64,000 nt of DNA from Patescibacteria group bacterium (GCA_041659045.1 JBAZZB010000001.1:6111-70110), one strand, 5' to 3'; positions 36,654 to 47,433 are shown, counted from the first letter of the stretch. A program made the numbers and translations. The notes: a model not told the origin generated them from the sequence alone.

Positions 36654-39600
36654 ATGCCCGCCAAATTCACCCACCTCCATTGTCATAGCCATTATTCCCT
36701 TCTAGAGGCCCTGCCTCAGGTGGATAAGCTGGTTAAGTTTGCCAAGTCGCAGGGAGCGACGGCCGTCGCCCTGACGGACAACGGCAACATGTTCGGGGTG
36801 ATCGAATTCGTGCAGGAGTGCCAGAAGGCGGAGATCAAGCCGATCATCGGGTACGACGCCTTCGTGGCGGTCGACACCATCGACTTGAAGCGCCACCGCA
36901 TCGACGACAAGAATGGACGCCTCGTGCTTCTGGCCGAGACGATGGAGGGCTATAAGAATTTGATGAAGCTCGCGTCGGTCGCGTACCTCGACGGCTTCTA
37001 CTACCGCCCGCGTATCGATCGCAATCTCCTTCGCCAGCATGGGAAGGGGATCATCGCGCTTGCGGGTCCGCGCAGCGACGTCGGCAAGGCGCTCGTCGAT
37101 GGCGATATGGAAAAAGCGCGAGAGAGAGCGGTAGAGTATCGCGATATTCTCGGCGCGGAGAATTTTTTCTTTGAACTCGTCTACCAGCCGGACAGTCCGA
37201 CGCAGAAAGAAACGAACGACGCCTTCATCGCGCTCGGCAAAGAACTGAGTATCGGCGTCGTCGCCTCACGGAACGTCTATTATTTGAAACCGGAACAAGC
37301 CGAAGCGCGGTCGCTTTTGTTGTGCATCAAAGATAACCGCACACTTGAAGATCGCGAGCGTTCCGTTGCGGCCGACAACGATCTTTCGATGTCATCGCCG
37401 GAGGAAATCGAAGAAGCGTTTAAAGACGTTCCCGAGGCGATCGAGAACAACGCGCGCATCGTGGAGCGTTGCAATGTGAAGCTCGAGCTCGGCAAATGGA
37501 ACTTCCCCGTCTTTGAGATTCCGGACGGCCTCACGGCTATCGAGTATTTGAGAAAAATTTCCTTCGAGCGCTTGCCGCTGCTTTTGAAGCGTCCGCTCGA
37601 ACAGCGCGAGATCGATCGACTGAACTACGAAATCGACATTGTCGAGAAGAAAGGTTACGCCACCTACTTCCTCGTCGTCGCCGACTACGGTTCATGGGCG
37701 CGGGCTCAAGGAATCGTGCTGACCACTCGTGGTTCGGCCGCCGGTTCGCTCATGGCCTATGCCATCGGCATCGTCACCGTAAACCCGCTCGACTACAACC
37801 TGCCGTTCGAGCGCTTCTTGAACCCGCAACGTCCGTCCGCGCCGGATATTGATATGGACTTCGCCGACCACCGTCGCGGTGAGGTCTTGGAATACGTGAA
37901 AGGAAAGTACGGCGCCGATCACGTGGCGCAGATCTGTACCTTCGGAACAATGGCCGCCCGCGCTTCGATGCGCGACGTCGGCCGCGCTTTGGGCTACCCG
38001 GTGGCGTTTTGCGATCAAATCGCCAAGACGATTCCGTTCGGCCAACAAGGCTTCGCCATGACGATCGACCGCGCGCTGGCCGAAACGCCCGACTTCAAGC
38101 GCCGCTATGACAACGAACCAGAAGTAAAACGCCTCGTCGATTTGGCCAAGCAGCTCGAAGGCAACGCCAGACATTGTTCAGTGCACGCCGCCGGCGTTGT
38201 TATTTCCGACAAGCCGCTCGTGGAATACACGCCTCTGCAGAGAGAAGCAGGAGGCGATGCCATCATTACGCAATACGAAATGCACGCGGTCGAAGATGCC
38301 GGCGTGCTCAAGATGGACTTCCTGGGTATTCGCAACCTTTCGATTTTGGAATACGCGATCGCGCTCGCCAAGCGCACCAAAGGCGTCGAGGTCGATTTGG
38401 TGCACATGGATTTGAAGGACAAGAAGACCTTCGAAATGCTGGCCGCCGGAAAAACGATGGGTCTGTTTCAGTTGAACGGCGACGGCATGACGAAGTACCT
38501 GATGCAGCTCAAGCCCACGATGATCGAAGACATCATGGCTATGGTCGCGCTGTATCGCCCGGGCCCGATCGATATTATTCCAGAGTTCATCAAGCGCAAG
38601 CAGAACCCGAGGCTCATCACGTACCTCGATCCGCGGATGAAGGAATATTTGGGCATGTCATACGGCATGCTCGTCTATCAGGACGACGTGCTCATGACCG
38701 CCATCAACCTCGCGGGCTACGACTGGCTCGAGGCCGACAAGTTCCGCAAGGCCATGGGCAAGAAGATTCCCGAGGAAATGGCCAAGCAGGAAATCAAGTT
38801 CAAGGATGGTTGTGTCGAGCACGGCATGACCAAGGCCAAAACGGAGGAATTGTGGGAACTCATCAAACCGTTCGCGGCCTACGGTTTCAACAAGGCGCAC
38901 GCCGCCTCGTACGGCATCGTCGCGTACCAGACGGCCTACATGAAGGCCAACTTTCCGGCCGAATACATGACGGCACTCATGACGGCGGAATCCGGCGATC
39001 TCGACACGATCGCGCTGGCGGTTAAAGAATGCGACGCGCTTGGCATCAATGTCTTGCCTCCGGACGTGAACAGTTCCGAAGCCGACTTCACGTACATCGA
39101 CGACCGCACGATTCGTTTCGGTCTCGGCGTCATCAAGGGTCTCGGCATCGATACGGTCAACGCCATTATCGACGAGCGCAAAGACAAGGGATTGTTCAAA
39201 GACCTCGCCGACTTCTCAGGACGCATTCCCGGCAAGGCTTTTAATAAAAAATCTCTTGAAGCTCTGGCAAAGTCGGGCGCGCTCGACGCACTTGGCGAAC
39301 GCAACCAGATCGTCGAGAACTCCGATGTGCTCACGACGTACAACAAGAATCTCCTCAAGGAGCGTGACAACGGCCAGTCGAACCTCTTCGCGTTCGTTGT
39401 GCCGACCGGAACCGAACTCATTCCGACACTCGGTCTTCGGAGCGTGCCGCCCGCTTCGCAGCGTAAGAGATTGGATTGGGAAAAAGAATTGCTCGGCCTG
39501 TACGTCAGCGCGCATCCGTTCGAGGAAACCTCCAAAGAATTCGGTGATCTGCTCATGCCGATTTCCAAAGCGTTCACGCTGCCAGAAAAATCTCCCGTGC

Positions 39601-40172
39601 GCGTTGGTGGAACCGTCACGGCCGTGAAGCAAATCGTCACCAAAAAATCCGGCGAGCCCATGCTCTTCGCGACGATCACTGACCCGAGCGGTACGGTCGA
39701 ATGTTTGGTATTCCCAAGCGTCTTTAAAGAGAATGGCGCCGTCTGGATTGAAGGCGCAAACTTGGCCGTGACCGGACGCGTCTCGCGCAAAGACGACGAG
39801 TTCAAAATTCTCGCCGATCGCGGCTGGACGCTCAACAACGAAACGATCCCGGTCTACAAAGCGCATTTCAACGGAGAGACGGTGAGTTCCGACATGATGC
39901 TTTCGATGCAGCGTCCGCGCCCCAAAGCGGGGAGTGGGGAAGTGCGTATCGTGCTGCCGTCCAAAATGCCACCGTCCGCCGTCACCGCACTCAAAGCTAC
40001 GCTCGCCAAGTATCCGGGAAAAACAATGGTCGCACTCGACGTCCGTGCTGAGGGTGGATATCAGCGCGTCGAAACTTCATTCATGGTCGATCCGTCACCC
40101 GACGCCGTGGCTGCCATCGAAAAGCAGGTTGGCATGGGGAATGTGAAAGTGACTCTGCCCACGGGTGTATAA
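36654..40172 (+). CDS. dnaE: DNA polymerase III subunit alpha
   Basis: PHP HLHCHSHYS, RGSAAGS, PDIDMDF, YGFNKAHA, OB fold. Confidence 0.97.
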   Translation: MPAKFTHLHCHSHYSLLEALPQVDKLVKFAKSQGATAVALTDNGNMFGVIEFVQECQKAEIKPIIGYDAFVAVDTIDLKRHRIDDKNGRLVLLAETMEGYKNLMKLASVAYLDGFYYRPRIDRNLLRQHGKGIIALAGPRSDVGKALVDGDMEKARERAVEYRDILGAENFFFELVYQPDSPTQKETNDAFIALGKELSIGVVASRNVYYLKPEQAEARSLLLCIKDNRTLEDRERSVAADNDLSMSSPEEIEEAFKDVPEAIENNARIVERCNVKLELGKWNFPVFEIPDGLTAIEYLRKISFERLPLLLKRPLEQREIDRLNYEIDIVEKKGYATYFLVVADYGSWARAQGIVLTTRGSAAGSLMAYAIGIVTVNPLDYNLPFERFLNPQRPSAPDIDMDFADHRRGEVLEYVKGKYGADHVAQICTFGTMAARASMRDVGRALGYPVAFCDQIAKTIPFGQQGFAMTIDRALAETPDFKRRYDNEPEVKRLVDLAKQLEGNARHCSVHAAGVVISDKPLVEYTPLQREAGGDAIITQYEMHAVEDAGVLKMDFLGIRNLSILEYAIALAKRTKGVEVDLVHMDLKDKKTFEMLAAGKTMGLFQLNGDGMTKYLMQLKPTMIEDIMAMVALYRPGPIDIIPEFIKRKQNPRLITYLDPRMKEYLGMSYGMLVYQDDVLMTAINLAGYDWLEADKFRKAMGKKIPEEMAKQEIKFKDGCVEHGMTKAKTEELWELIKPFAAYGFNKAHAASYGIVAYQTAYMKANFPAEYMTALMTAESGDLDTIALAVKECDALGINVLPPDVNSSEADFTYIDDRTIRFGLGVIKGLGIDTVNAIIDERKDKGLFKDLADFSGRIPGKAFNKKSLEALAKSGALDALGERNQIVENSDVLTTYNKNLLKERDNGQSNLFAFVVPTGTELIPTLGLRSVPPASQRKRLDWEKELLGLYVSAHPFEETSKEFGDLLMPISKAFTLPEKSPVRVGGTVTAVKQIVTKKSGEPMLFATITDPSGTVECLVFPSVFKENGAVWIEGANLAVTGRVSRKDDEFKILADRGWTLNNETIPVYKAHFNGETVSSDMMLSMQRPRPKAGSGEVRIVLPSKMPPSAVTALKATLAKYPGKTMVALDVRAEGGYQRVETSFMVDPSPDAVAAIEKQVGMGNVKVTLPTGV

Positions 40173-40182
40173 TGGAACGACT

Positions 40183-41259
40183 ATGACTGTCGACCCCAGA
40201 GAGGAAGCGGTGCGGCGTGCCTATGAAGCGGCCCGCTTTGACGAACGCACCCCCGACGAGCGAGGTTTCGCGGAAACGTTCGAAAAAGAAATCAAGCCGA
40301 AACTTATCGCGGGTGTCGGGTTTAACAGAAGCGTCAAAGAGGCGCGCTTGCGTCGACGTAAAATCGCCTTCGCGCTCGCAGTGTCTTACGTCGTGGTTTC
40401 TCTTTTTGTTCTTGCGATACTTGATCTTCCAGACAGTGGTGTTGGTCTCCAATTGTTTCTTTTCGGTAGCTTCTTCGTCGGTTCCGCTTTGTGGAACTAT
40501 GCGTTCATGAAACGCGCTGGCGAAGAAGATCCCAACAACGCAGCGGTGATCGATGCGGTTCTCGCTCGCTTCGGTTGCCGGATGGGCTCAGGGTTTGCAA
40601 AGTATGTTGCGCTGCCGTTTGCCGCGCCGATCACGCCGTCGTACAGCGACTTCTCATTCGTCAACGAGCATCTGACGGGCACGTTTGATGAACGCATTCC
40701 ATTCGTCGCCTTGCGGTTAACGATGAAAGCAAAGTCGGGAAAGAGCAAAATAACCACGTTCAAGGGGTGGTATCTCAATATTGAACTGCCCTTCTCGTTT
40801 TCGGGCACCACGATTATTCACGAACGACTCTCCGTTTATCACCGCATTCCGGGTGGTCGGAACCTCGGCGTCGTTTCTTTAGAAAGCCTCGAGTACGAAA
40901 AACGTTTCACGGTAAAATCAAGTAATCAAACCGAGGCGCGCGTGATTCTGACTCCGGATGTCATGCATCACCTGGCACTCGAGGCCGATCGTTTTGCATC
41001 TGAAGGAAAGGGCTGGAACCCCTCCGGCAACTTGATGCTTGGTTTCTCGGAGAATCGCGCTCACATATGGATGCCCTCCCGCGAGACCGCACTTTCTGTC
41101 TGGAATCCGCTCGACCCCACCGCGATGATCGAAGGTCTGCATGGTGCGTTTGAAGAACTTGCGGAAATGCGCGCCTTTCTTCGTGATATCGACGTCATTG
41201 CCGAATCCGAAGGTTTCCGCGCCTTGGCCGCCAAAAACGGGAGAAGCGAAGCGTCTTGA
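40183..41259 (+). CDS. DUF3137-like membrane protein
   Basis: Two TMs, F.G..., V.LES.E.EK.F.V.S.NQ.EAR.ILTP..M. Confidence 0.75.
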   Translation: MTVDPREEAVRRAYEAARFDERTPDERGFAETFEKEIKPKLIAGVGFNRSVKEARLRRRKIAFALAVSYVVVSLFVLAILDLPDSGVGLQLFLFGSFFVGSALWNYAFMKRAGEEDPNNAAVIDAVLARFGCRMGSGFAKYVALPFAAPITPSYSDFSFVNEHLTGTFDERIPFVALRLTMKAKSGKSKITTFKGWYLNIELPFSFSGTTIIHERLSVYHRIPGGRNLGVVSLESLEYEKRFTVKSSNQTEARVILTPDVMHHLALEADRFASEGKGWNPSGNLMLGFSENRAHIWMPSRETALSVWNPLDPTAMIEGLHGAFEELAEMRAFLRDIDVIAESEGFRALAAKNGRSEAS

Positions 41260-41359
41260 CACCGACCATCTTTTCCGCTAAGGTCGTCTGTCCTGAACGG
41301 GAGATTCCCCATCAGGGGGCTCCTTCTCGAAACCCTAACCCACGCACGGAGCGCACGGT

Positions 41360-41521
41360 ATGAGCGACCCCGGAAACCAACGGCCTCTGTATCGGCCGTC
41401 CCAACCGACCCCAGAGCAGGAAGAGCAGATGGCTTCCTTGCTCGAGCGTCTTGGTACCTCTTCTGGTGTGCCGTCCGCTTCCGAAATTCCGGCCGACCCT
41501 TCGTCGCCCACTGCGACCTAG
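41360..41521 (+). CDS. Small hypothetical protein (53 aa)
   Basis: TTGACA-17-TAAGGT promoter at 41256-41284 and GGAG SD. Confidence 0.45.
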   Translation: MSDPGNQRPLYRPSQPTPEQEEQMASLLERLGTSSGVPSASEIPADPSSPTAT

Positions 41522-41585
41522 CGTTGTTCCGAAGCGTGTTCCGTGATATATTTGTGAGCGAAAGCTCACTTTTTTGTATTTCCGT

Positions 41586-42827
41586 ATGCAGGAAGACGAA
41601 CGCTCCAGAGAACGCGCGGAACGCCTGAATCAGGTGTTTGAATCCCTGCTCAAAGGGCGCCAAGCGGAGCGAGCTGAGCAGCAAGAAGGGGGAGAGTCCT
41701 GGCTCGAGGACCGTATCGGTAATTTGCCGGAGCGGGCGCAAACCCAGATCCGTTCCTTTGAACGCAAGCTCACCGAATCCGGCGTGGCAAATCCTGCCAA
41801 ACGCGCTGAGTTGGTCGAGGAAAAGATCGTCGCCTTCGAGCAGACGTACCAAGACCGCCGCTTCACCGTGAAAGACGGCGAGCACATGCTCAACAAAGCT
41901 TTTGCTAAAGAGCAGGCTGTTTCCTATTTGAAAGAAATTTTGGGCGATTCGCCGACCCCGCAGGATTTAAAGAAAGTCGCGCTTCTGAACGCCGACGCCA
42001 ACGGCCTCAAAGCCGTGAACGATCTTTCCGGCTCCCACGAGAAGGGGACGGAGTATCTGAAACGCGTCGCTGAAGTTTTTGCGGATGATGCGAGCCCGGA
42101 AGCCAAACGTTTGAAGGAACTTGGTATCGATGTCGTTCTGCCTGTCACGGCGGGCGGTGACGAGTACAGCACACTGCTTCGTTCCGACAAGGTCATCACG
42201 CCAGAAGTCATGGAGGAAGCCATTCGTTTGTACGATCAAGCAATTCAGCGCGTCGATGTTTCAGACCTGGTTGATTTTACGGAGGAGAGCACGCTCTTGC
42301 GCTACCTCGGCGTATCCGAGCAGCAATTCGGCTTGATGAAAGAGGAACAGCGCCAAAAACTTCTTGATGACGGCCGCAAGGAAGTTCCGAAGGGTTTTAA
42401 GATGCGTGCCAGCGCTTCGCTTGGAGGCTCAACGCTCTACGAAGGATTGCTCATGGCCATGGAGCATCAATCCAAGCCGCTGACCGGCGAAGACGATTTC
42501 AATCGCGCGGTCGACAAGATCGTCGGCGGCATGTGGGACGCCTCCGACAAGGCGGCGATGGAGAACAAGACAACCTTCAAAGAAGGGTTGCGCGCCGAAG
42601 GGAGTCCGGAAGGAGACCGCTTCTTTTCAAAGGTGCTGGCACGCACCAGCGAAGCACGCGTGCTCGAAGCGAAACTCGATGCCATGACGATGGAGCTTAA
42701 GAAGAGTGAAACGATGGAGTCCGAGCTGGCGAAGCTCGATGAACTCATGGATCAGGGCGTGATGGATGAAGCCGCGTACGGTCGAAACATGCGCGAGATT
42801 CGCAAGAAGTACCGGACGAACGCTTAA
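41586..42827 (+). CDS. GGDEF-like (diguanylate cyclase-like) domain protein
   Basis: DANGLKAVND..GSHEKG..YL and AGGDEY. Confidence 0.75.
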   Translation: MQEDERSRERAERLNQVFESLLKGRQAERAEQQEGGESWLEDRIGNLPERAQTQIRSFERKLTESGVANPAKRAELVEEKIVAFEQTYQDRRFTVKDGEHMLNKAFAKEQAVSYLKEILGDSPTPQDLKKVALLNADANGLKAVNDLSGSHEKGTEYLKRVAEVFADDASPEAKRLKELGIDVVLPVTAGGDEYSTLLRSDKVITPEVMEEAIRLYDQAIQRVDVSDLVDFTEESTLLRYLGVSEQQFGLMKEEQRQKLLDDGRKEVPKGFKMRASASLGGSTLYEGLLMAMEHQSKPLTGEDDFNRAVDKIVGGMWDASDKAAMENKTTFKEGLRAEGSPEGDRFFSKVLARTSEARVLEAKLDAMTMELKKSETMESELAKLDELMDQGVMDEAAYGRNMREIRKKYRTNA

Positions 42828-42847
42828 CGTGATATACTCAAAACGAT

Positions 42848-44371
42848 ATGCCGCCTAGGAGGAAAAAAGCGGCTGAGGAGGAAACGCCGATGACGCCGGA
42901 GAGCGACGCATCGAACGTTTCTTCCGAGGCAAAACCCAAGAAGAAGAGTATTACGCGGGCCAAAAAGCCGGCGGTCTTGAAGATTTCGGAACCAGAAGAG
43001 AAGCCGACCCCGCTTGAGCGCATTCCGGCCATTATTCCGATCAAAACGCCTCTTACTCCGGCGCCGCGCATTTCGATCGAGCCAGATGTCATGATGGGCC
43101 AGGAAGAGCAGCCTTGGACCCCGACGCTGCGCAATGATCCCGACCTTTCCATGCCGCCGAAGCCGCTCATGCAGAACAAGAAATTCACGACCCAAGATGT
43201 CGAAGACATCATGAAAGCGGACGACGACGAAGACCCCGAATACCGCAACACCTTCCAGCTCCCGGTCAGAACCGGTGTGTTCCGGAAGATCGCTCTGGGT
43301 TTCACGGTGCTGGCACTGCTTGTCGGTGCGGGAGTCGCCTATGTGGTCTACGCGCACGCGACGGTCGCCGTGTATCCGCAGAAGGCTGAAGTAAAAACCG
43401 AACGCGTTTTGTCGGTCGTGGTGAATCCACAGAACAGTGATGAGATTAACGGTGAAGTCACCGAAGTGACCGTGGCAGGGGAGAAGACAGGTGTTCCTGA
43501 AACTTCTACCAAAACCGACGGCATCGCGACCGGGAGCGTAACCCTTATCAACGAAACATCGAGCGATCAAACGCTTGTGGCGACGACGCGCTTGCTGACG
43601 GAAGACGGTGTGTTGTTCCGTCTGAAGGCTCGGGTGAATGTTCCGGCCAACGGCCGCGTCAAAACCGAAGCGTACGCCGACAAGGCCGGAGAAAGCGGCA
43701 ACATCACTCCGACGCGCTTCACGATCCCTGGTCTGACGACCGAGCTCCAGAAATCAATTTACGCCGAATCCGAAGCGGTCATGACCGGAGGTATCGTCAC
43801 CGTTGGTACGGTGACAACCGCCGACATTGAAAAAACAGAATCCGATCTCCGACAGGAACTGATCGCACAGGCGCGCCAGGAACTCGTCAAAGCGGTCGAG
43901 AGTCCGTGGACCGGTCATGCGGTTATCGCCGAGACGATGGCGCGCGCCGTCAGCGCGGGTCCGGGTGAAACAGCAAACGGCGTTACGGTACGTCTCACGC
44001 TCCGCGTCCGCTCGGTAGACTTCGATCGCGTCAAAGCGGTCGGCGCCGCCGCCGAAGACTTGAAACGCAGCCTGACCTCTGACCGCGAACTGATCGGTGT
44101 GAAGGTTGAGGACTCTTCCTTCACGATCGATAGGGCTGACGCAAAGAGCGGCACGGCATCGCTGCGCGTTGCTCTCACGGGACAATCTCGCGTTTCTCTG
44201 GGCAGCCCGCTCTTCGATGCGAGCAAGCTCCGAGGCCTCGGTATTGAAGACGTGCGGAAATACTTCGAGGGGATTGAGGGCGTTGAGCGCGTGGACGTGA
44301 AATTCCGCCCCTTCTGGCTCAAGCGGATGCCGCTCCTTCCGGACAGAATCGAGTTCCAAGTAGAGAAATAA
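42848..44371 (+). CDS. Membrane-anchored baseplate-J-like domain protein (CPR type)
   Basis: Disordered N-terminus, TM, ATGSVTLIN...LVATTRL...G.LFRL...ADKAGESGNI. Confidence 0.65.
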   Translation: MPPRRKKAAEEETPMTPESDASNVSSEAKPKKKSITRAKKPAVLKISEPEEKPTPLERIPAIIPIKTPLTPAPRISIEPDVMMGQEEQPWTPTLRNDPDLSMPPKPLMQNKKFTTQDVEDIMKADDDEDPEYRNTFQLPVRTGVFRKIALGFTVLALLVGAGVAYVVYAHATVAVYPQKAEVKTERVLSVVVNPQNSDEINGEVTEVTVAGEKTGVPETSTKTDGIATGSVTLINETSSDQTLVATTRLLTEDGVLFRLKARVNVPANGRVKTEAYADKAGESGNITPTRFTIPGLTTELQKSIYAESEAVMTGGIVTVGTVTTADIEKTESDLRQELIAQARQELVKAVESPWTGHAVIAETMARAVSAGPGETANGVTVRLTLRVRSVDFDRVKAVGAAAEDLKRSLTSDRELIGVKVEDSSFTIDRADAKSGTASLRVALTGQSRVSLGSPLFDASKLRGLGIEDVRKYFEGIEGVERVDVKFRPFWLKRMPLLPDRIEFQVEK

Positions 44372-44457
44372 GCTTAAAGCCCCTCGAAAGAGGGGCTTTT
44401 CGATTTCCAGCCCGCTATGTTAAGGTAAAGCCTGTACTACAACCTGAAACCCTCGAT

Positions 44458-46290
44458 ATGGCCGCCAAAAAACCCGCTGATTTCGACGAACTTGACCGGA
44501 TGCGCCACTCGGCCGCCCATCTTTTGGCCGCGGCAATTATGAAGATGTTCCCTGATGCCAAGCTTGGTGTAGGGCCCGTCATTGAGAACGGTTTCTATTA
44601 CGACATGCTGCTCCCGCGCGCCCTCGCTCCCGAGGATTTTATCGCGCTCGAGAAAACGATCGAAGGGCTCAAAAAAGAGAATGCCGAGTTCCGCCGCGAA
44701 GAAATGCCGATCGATCAGGCAATTGAGTTTTTCCGCTCTCGCAACCAGGACTTTAAGGTCGAACTTCTCAGCGACCTCAAAGCGCACGGCACGACGAATT
44801 TGAAAGACGAAGACGCACAGGATCTCGATGGCTCCGGCACGGCCTCCTTGTATTGGACGGGGGATTTCGTCGACCTCTGCCGTGGTCCGCACGTCGCGCG
44901 TTCGAGCGAAGTCGGAGCCGTCAAAGTAAAATCGGTCGCCGGCGCGTACTGGCGCGGCAAAGCGGAGAACGCGCAGATGCAGCGCGTCTACGGCTGGGCC
45001 TTCCGCACGCAAGAAGAACTCGACGCGCATCTCAAAATGCTCGAAGAGGCCGAGAAGCGCGATCATCGCAAGCTCGGTAAGGACATGGGCTTGTTCGTTT
45101 TTTCCGAACTGGTCGGCCCGGGTCTGCCACTTTGGACGCCGCGCGGCACCATGCTTCGCGAAACGCTCAACGAGTATGTTTGGGAACTGCGCCGTGCGCA
45201 CGGCTATCAGCGCGTGACGATTCCGCACATCACCAAGAAAGATCTCTACGAAACCTCCGGTCACTGGGCGAAATACGGCGATGATCTTTTCAAGATCAAG
45301 ACGCGCGAAGACCATCTCTTTGCGATGAAGCCGATGAACTGCCCGCACCACACGCAAATTTTTGCCAGCGAACCGCGCAGCTATCGCCAGATGCCGGTGC
45401 GTTATTGCGAAACGACGATGGTCTATCGCGACGAACAGTCTGGCGAACTCTCCGGCTTGTCCCGCGTGCTTTCCATTACCCAAGACGACGCGCATGTCTT
45501 CTGCCGCCTGAACCAGGTGCGCGAGGAGGCTGAAAAAGTCTGGAATATCATCGAGACGTTCTACAAGACGTTCGGTTTCGAACTGAGCTTGCGTCTTTCG
45601 CGCCGCGATCCCGCGCACCCGGAGAAGTATCTGGGCGCGCCGGAAGACTGGGATGCCGCCGAGACTTCGCTCCGCGAGATTCTCGAGGCGCACAAAGTGG
45701 AATGGGTCGACGGTATCGGTGAAGCCGCCTTCTACGGCCCGAAGATCGACTTCATGGCCAAGGACTCCATCGGTCGTGTTTGGCAGGTTGCCACGATTCA
45801 GCTCGACTTCAACCAGCCGCGAAGCTTCGGCTTGACCTGTACCAACGAAAAGGGCGAAAAGGAACAGATCTTGATGATCCACTGCGCTATCATGGGCTCG
45901 ATCGAGCGCTTCATGAGCGTCATCATCGAACACTTTGCCGGCTCTTTCCCGCTCTGGCTGGCGCCTGAACAGCTGGCACTTTTGCCGGTCGGCGAGAAAC
46001 ATCGTGAAGCGTGCCGCGCCTTGGAATCCAAACTGCGCGCCCTCGGCGCCCGCCCGTGGCTCGACGAATCCGACGAGTCGGTCGGCAAGAAGGTGCGTGG
46101 CGCGGAGAAAATGAAAATCCCGTACAGTCTCGTGCTCGGCGACAAAGAGATTCCCGCAGATGGCGTGTGGAACGATGACGTAAAGCTCGCGGTTCGCGTC
46201 CGTGGCACCAAGGATGCGGTTGAAATGACGCTTGGTGAGCTCTCGTCACGCCTCAAGGATGAGATTGAGATGAGAAAGCTGGCTCCGTAG
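44458..46290 (+). CDS. thrS: Threonine--tRNA ligase
   Basis: RHSAAH, DLCRGPH, KPMNCP, AFYGPKID, TIQLDF. Confidence 0.97.
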   Translation: MAAKKPADFDELDRMRHSAAHLLAAAIMKMFPDAKLGVGPVIENGFYYDMLLPRALAPEDFIALEKTIEGLKKENAEFRREEMPIDQAIEFFRSRNQDFKVELLSDLKAHGTTNLKDEDAQDLDGSGTASLYWTGDFVDLCRGPHVARSSEVGAVKVKSVAGAYWRGKAENAQMQRVYGWAFRTQEELDAHLKMLEEAEKRDHRKLGKDMGLFVFSELVGPGLPLWTPRGTMLRETLNEYVWELRRAHGYQRVTIPHITKKDLYETSGHWAKYGDDLFKIKTREDHLFAMKPMNCPHHTQIFASEPRSYRQMPVRYCETTMVYRDEQSGELSGLSRVLSITQDDAHVFCRLNQVREEAEKVWNIIETFYKTFGFELSLRLSRRDPAHPEKYLGAPEDWDAAETSLREILEAHKVEWVDGIGEAAFYGPKIDFMAKDSIGRVWQVATIQLDFNQPRSFGLTCTNEKGEKEQILMIHCAIMGSIERFMSVIIEHFAGSFPLWLAPEQLALLPVGEKHREACRALESKLRALGARPWLDESDESVGKKVRGAEKMKIPYSLVLGDKEIPADGVWNDDVKLAVRVRGTKDAVEMTLGELSSRLKDEIEMRKLAP

Positions 46291-46383
46291 ACTCACCCCC
46301 TAGCCCCCTCTCTTTCAGAGAGGGGGAATCAGATCCGAATCCCTCCCCTGAAAGGGGAGGTGCCCGCAGGGCGGAGGGGTCTT
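46291..46383. repeat. REP-like palindromic intergenic element
   Basis: ccccctctc/gagaggggg and cctcccct/aggggagg hairpins. Confidence 0.55.
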
Positions 46384-46425
46384 AAAAACTCCCATGACGC
46401 GCGTCATGGGAGTTTTTGTTCTCGA

Positions 46426-47364
46426 TCATCGTCCAAACAGTCTGGCAAAGAAGCCAGGTTTTTTCGAGGTGCCGCTCCCTGGTTTCATGGCAGGCTTCGG
46501 TAGTGGCATACCTTCGCGAACTTCGACTTCTTCGTAATCCGGAGCGACTTTGCGAGCTGTATCGCGTGCGCCGGCGCGTTCGCTGCTGACACTCGCAAGC
46601 TGCTGCTCGTAGTCGGCAAGATTCTTTTGTGTCTCTTTGAGCTCGGCGCGGAGCTTACGCGCTTGCCACCAGCCGGCGGTTTCCAGCTCGCGGTCGAGGC
46701 GCGCTCTCTCCATCAGCTGAAAGCGGTAATCCTTAGCGTTAAAGACCTCGGGATTGAGCTCGCCGTTGGCAAGCATGATTTCAGCGTGTTTCGTGGCCGC
46801 CTCAAGTTCTTCGTCCGTATCGATGATCGTGTCCGTTTTCTTTGTGTCGTAGGATTCGGCGATCGAGCGGCGAACATCAGCTTCCTTGCGGGCGTCCTCG
46901 GTTCTCTGCTTTTCGGCAAGAGATTTCACGTACGATTCGTCCTCGCCTTGTTTGAACCAGGCTTCTTCTTTCTGGCTCGACTCCGGAGCCTCAGGCGTTG
47001 TCTCGACGCTAGCCGCGACAACCTTCGCAAGCTCTTCTTTGGTGAACGACTGTCGTTTTGCGCGCTTCACGCTCGGTTTCTTCTCTGCAACAACATCTTC
47101 CGTAATCGAAATTTCTTCGTACGGCTCGTTATCATTTGCAGGTACGCTCGGTTCTTTTCCTGCGTCTACGTCTTCGACCAAGTGTTCAGTGAGATCCTCG
47201 ATCTCTTCAACCTTCGGTGCCGTCGCTTTCTTGCGTGAGCGAGGTTTTTTTGCGGCAGCAACGGGTTTGTCCAAGTCGCTGACGTCGAAGCGATCGGTAA
47301 TATCATCATCTTTCGCTTCGGGGACGGCTTCAGGAGTCGGATTTTTGCGATATTCGCGAGCCAT
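46426..47364 (-). CDS. Acidic hypothetical protein with C-terminal amphipathic helix
   Basis: Ends KPGFFARLFGR; low-complexity E/D/K composition. Confidence 0.75.
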   Translation of the reverse strand: MAREYRKNPTPEAVPEAKDDDITDRFDVSDLDKPVAAAKKPRSRKKATAPKVEEIEDLTEHLVEDVDAGKEPSVPANDNEPYEEISITEDVVAEKKPSVKRAKRQSFTKEELAKVVAASVETTPEAPESSQKEEAWFKQGEDESYVKSLAEKQRTEDARKEADVRRSIAESYDTKKTDTIIDTDEELEAATKHAEIMLANGELNPEVFNAKDYRFQLMERARLDRELETAGWWQARKLRAELKETQKNLADYEQQLASVSSERAGARDTARKVAPDYEEVEVREGMPLPKPAMKPGSGTSKKPGFFARLFGR

Positions 47365-47433
47365 AGGCGCTGCTATGTGGATGAAATCACTGTAAGTATA
47401 ACACAAAACCGCCCGAAGGCGGTTGTCGTGTGC

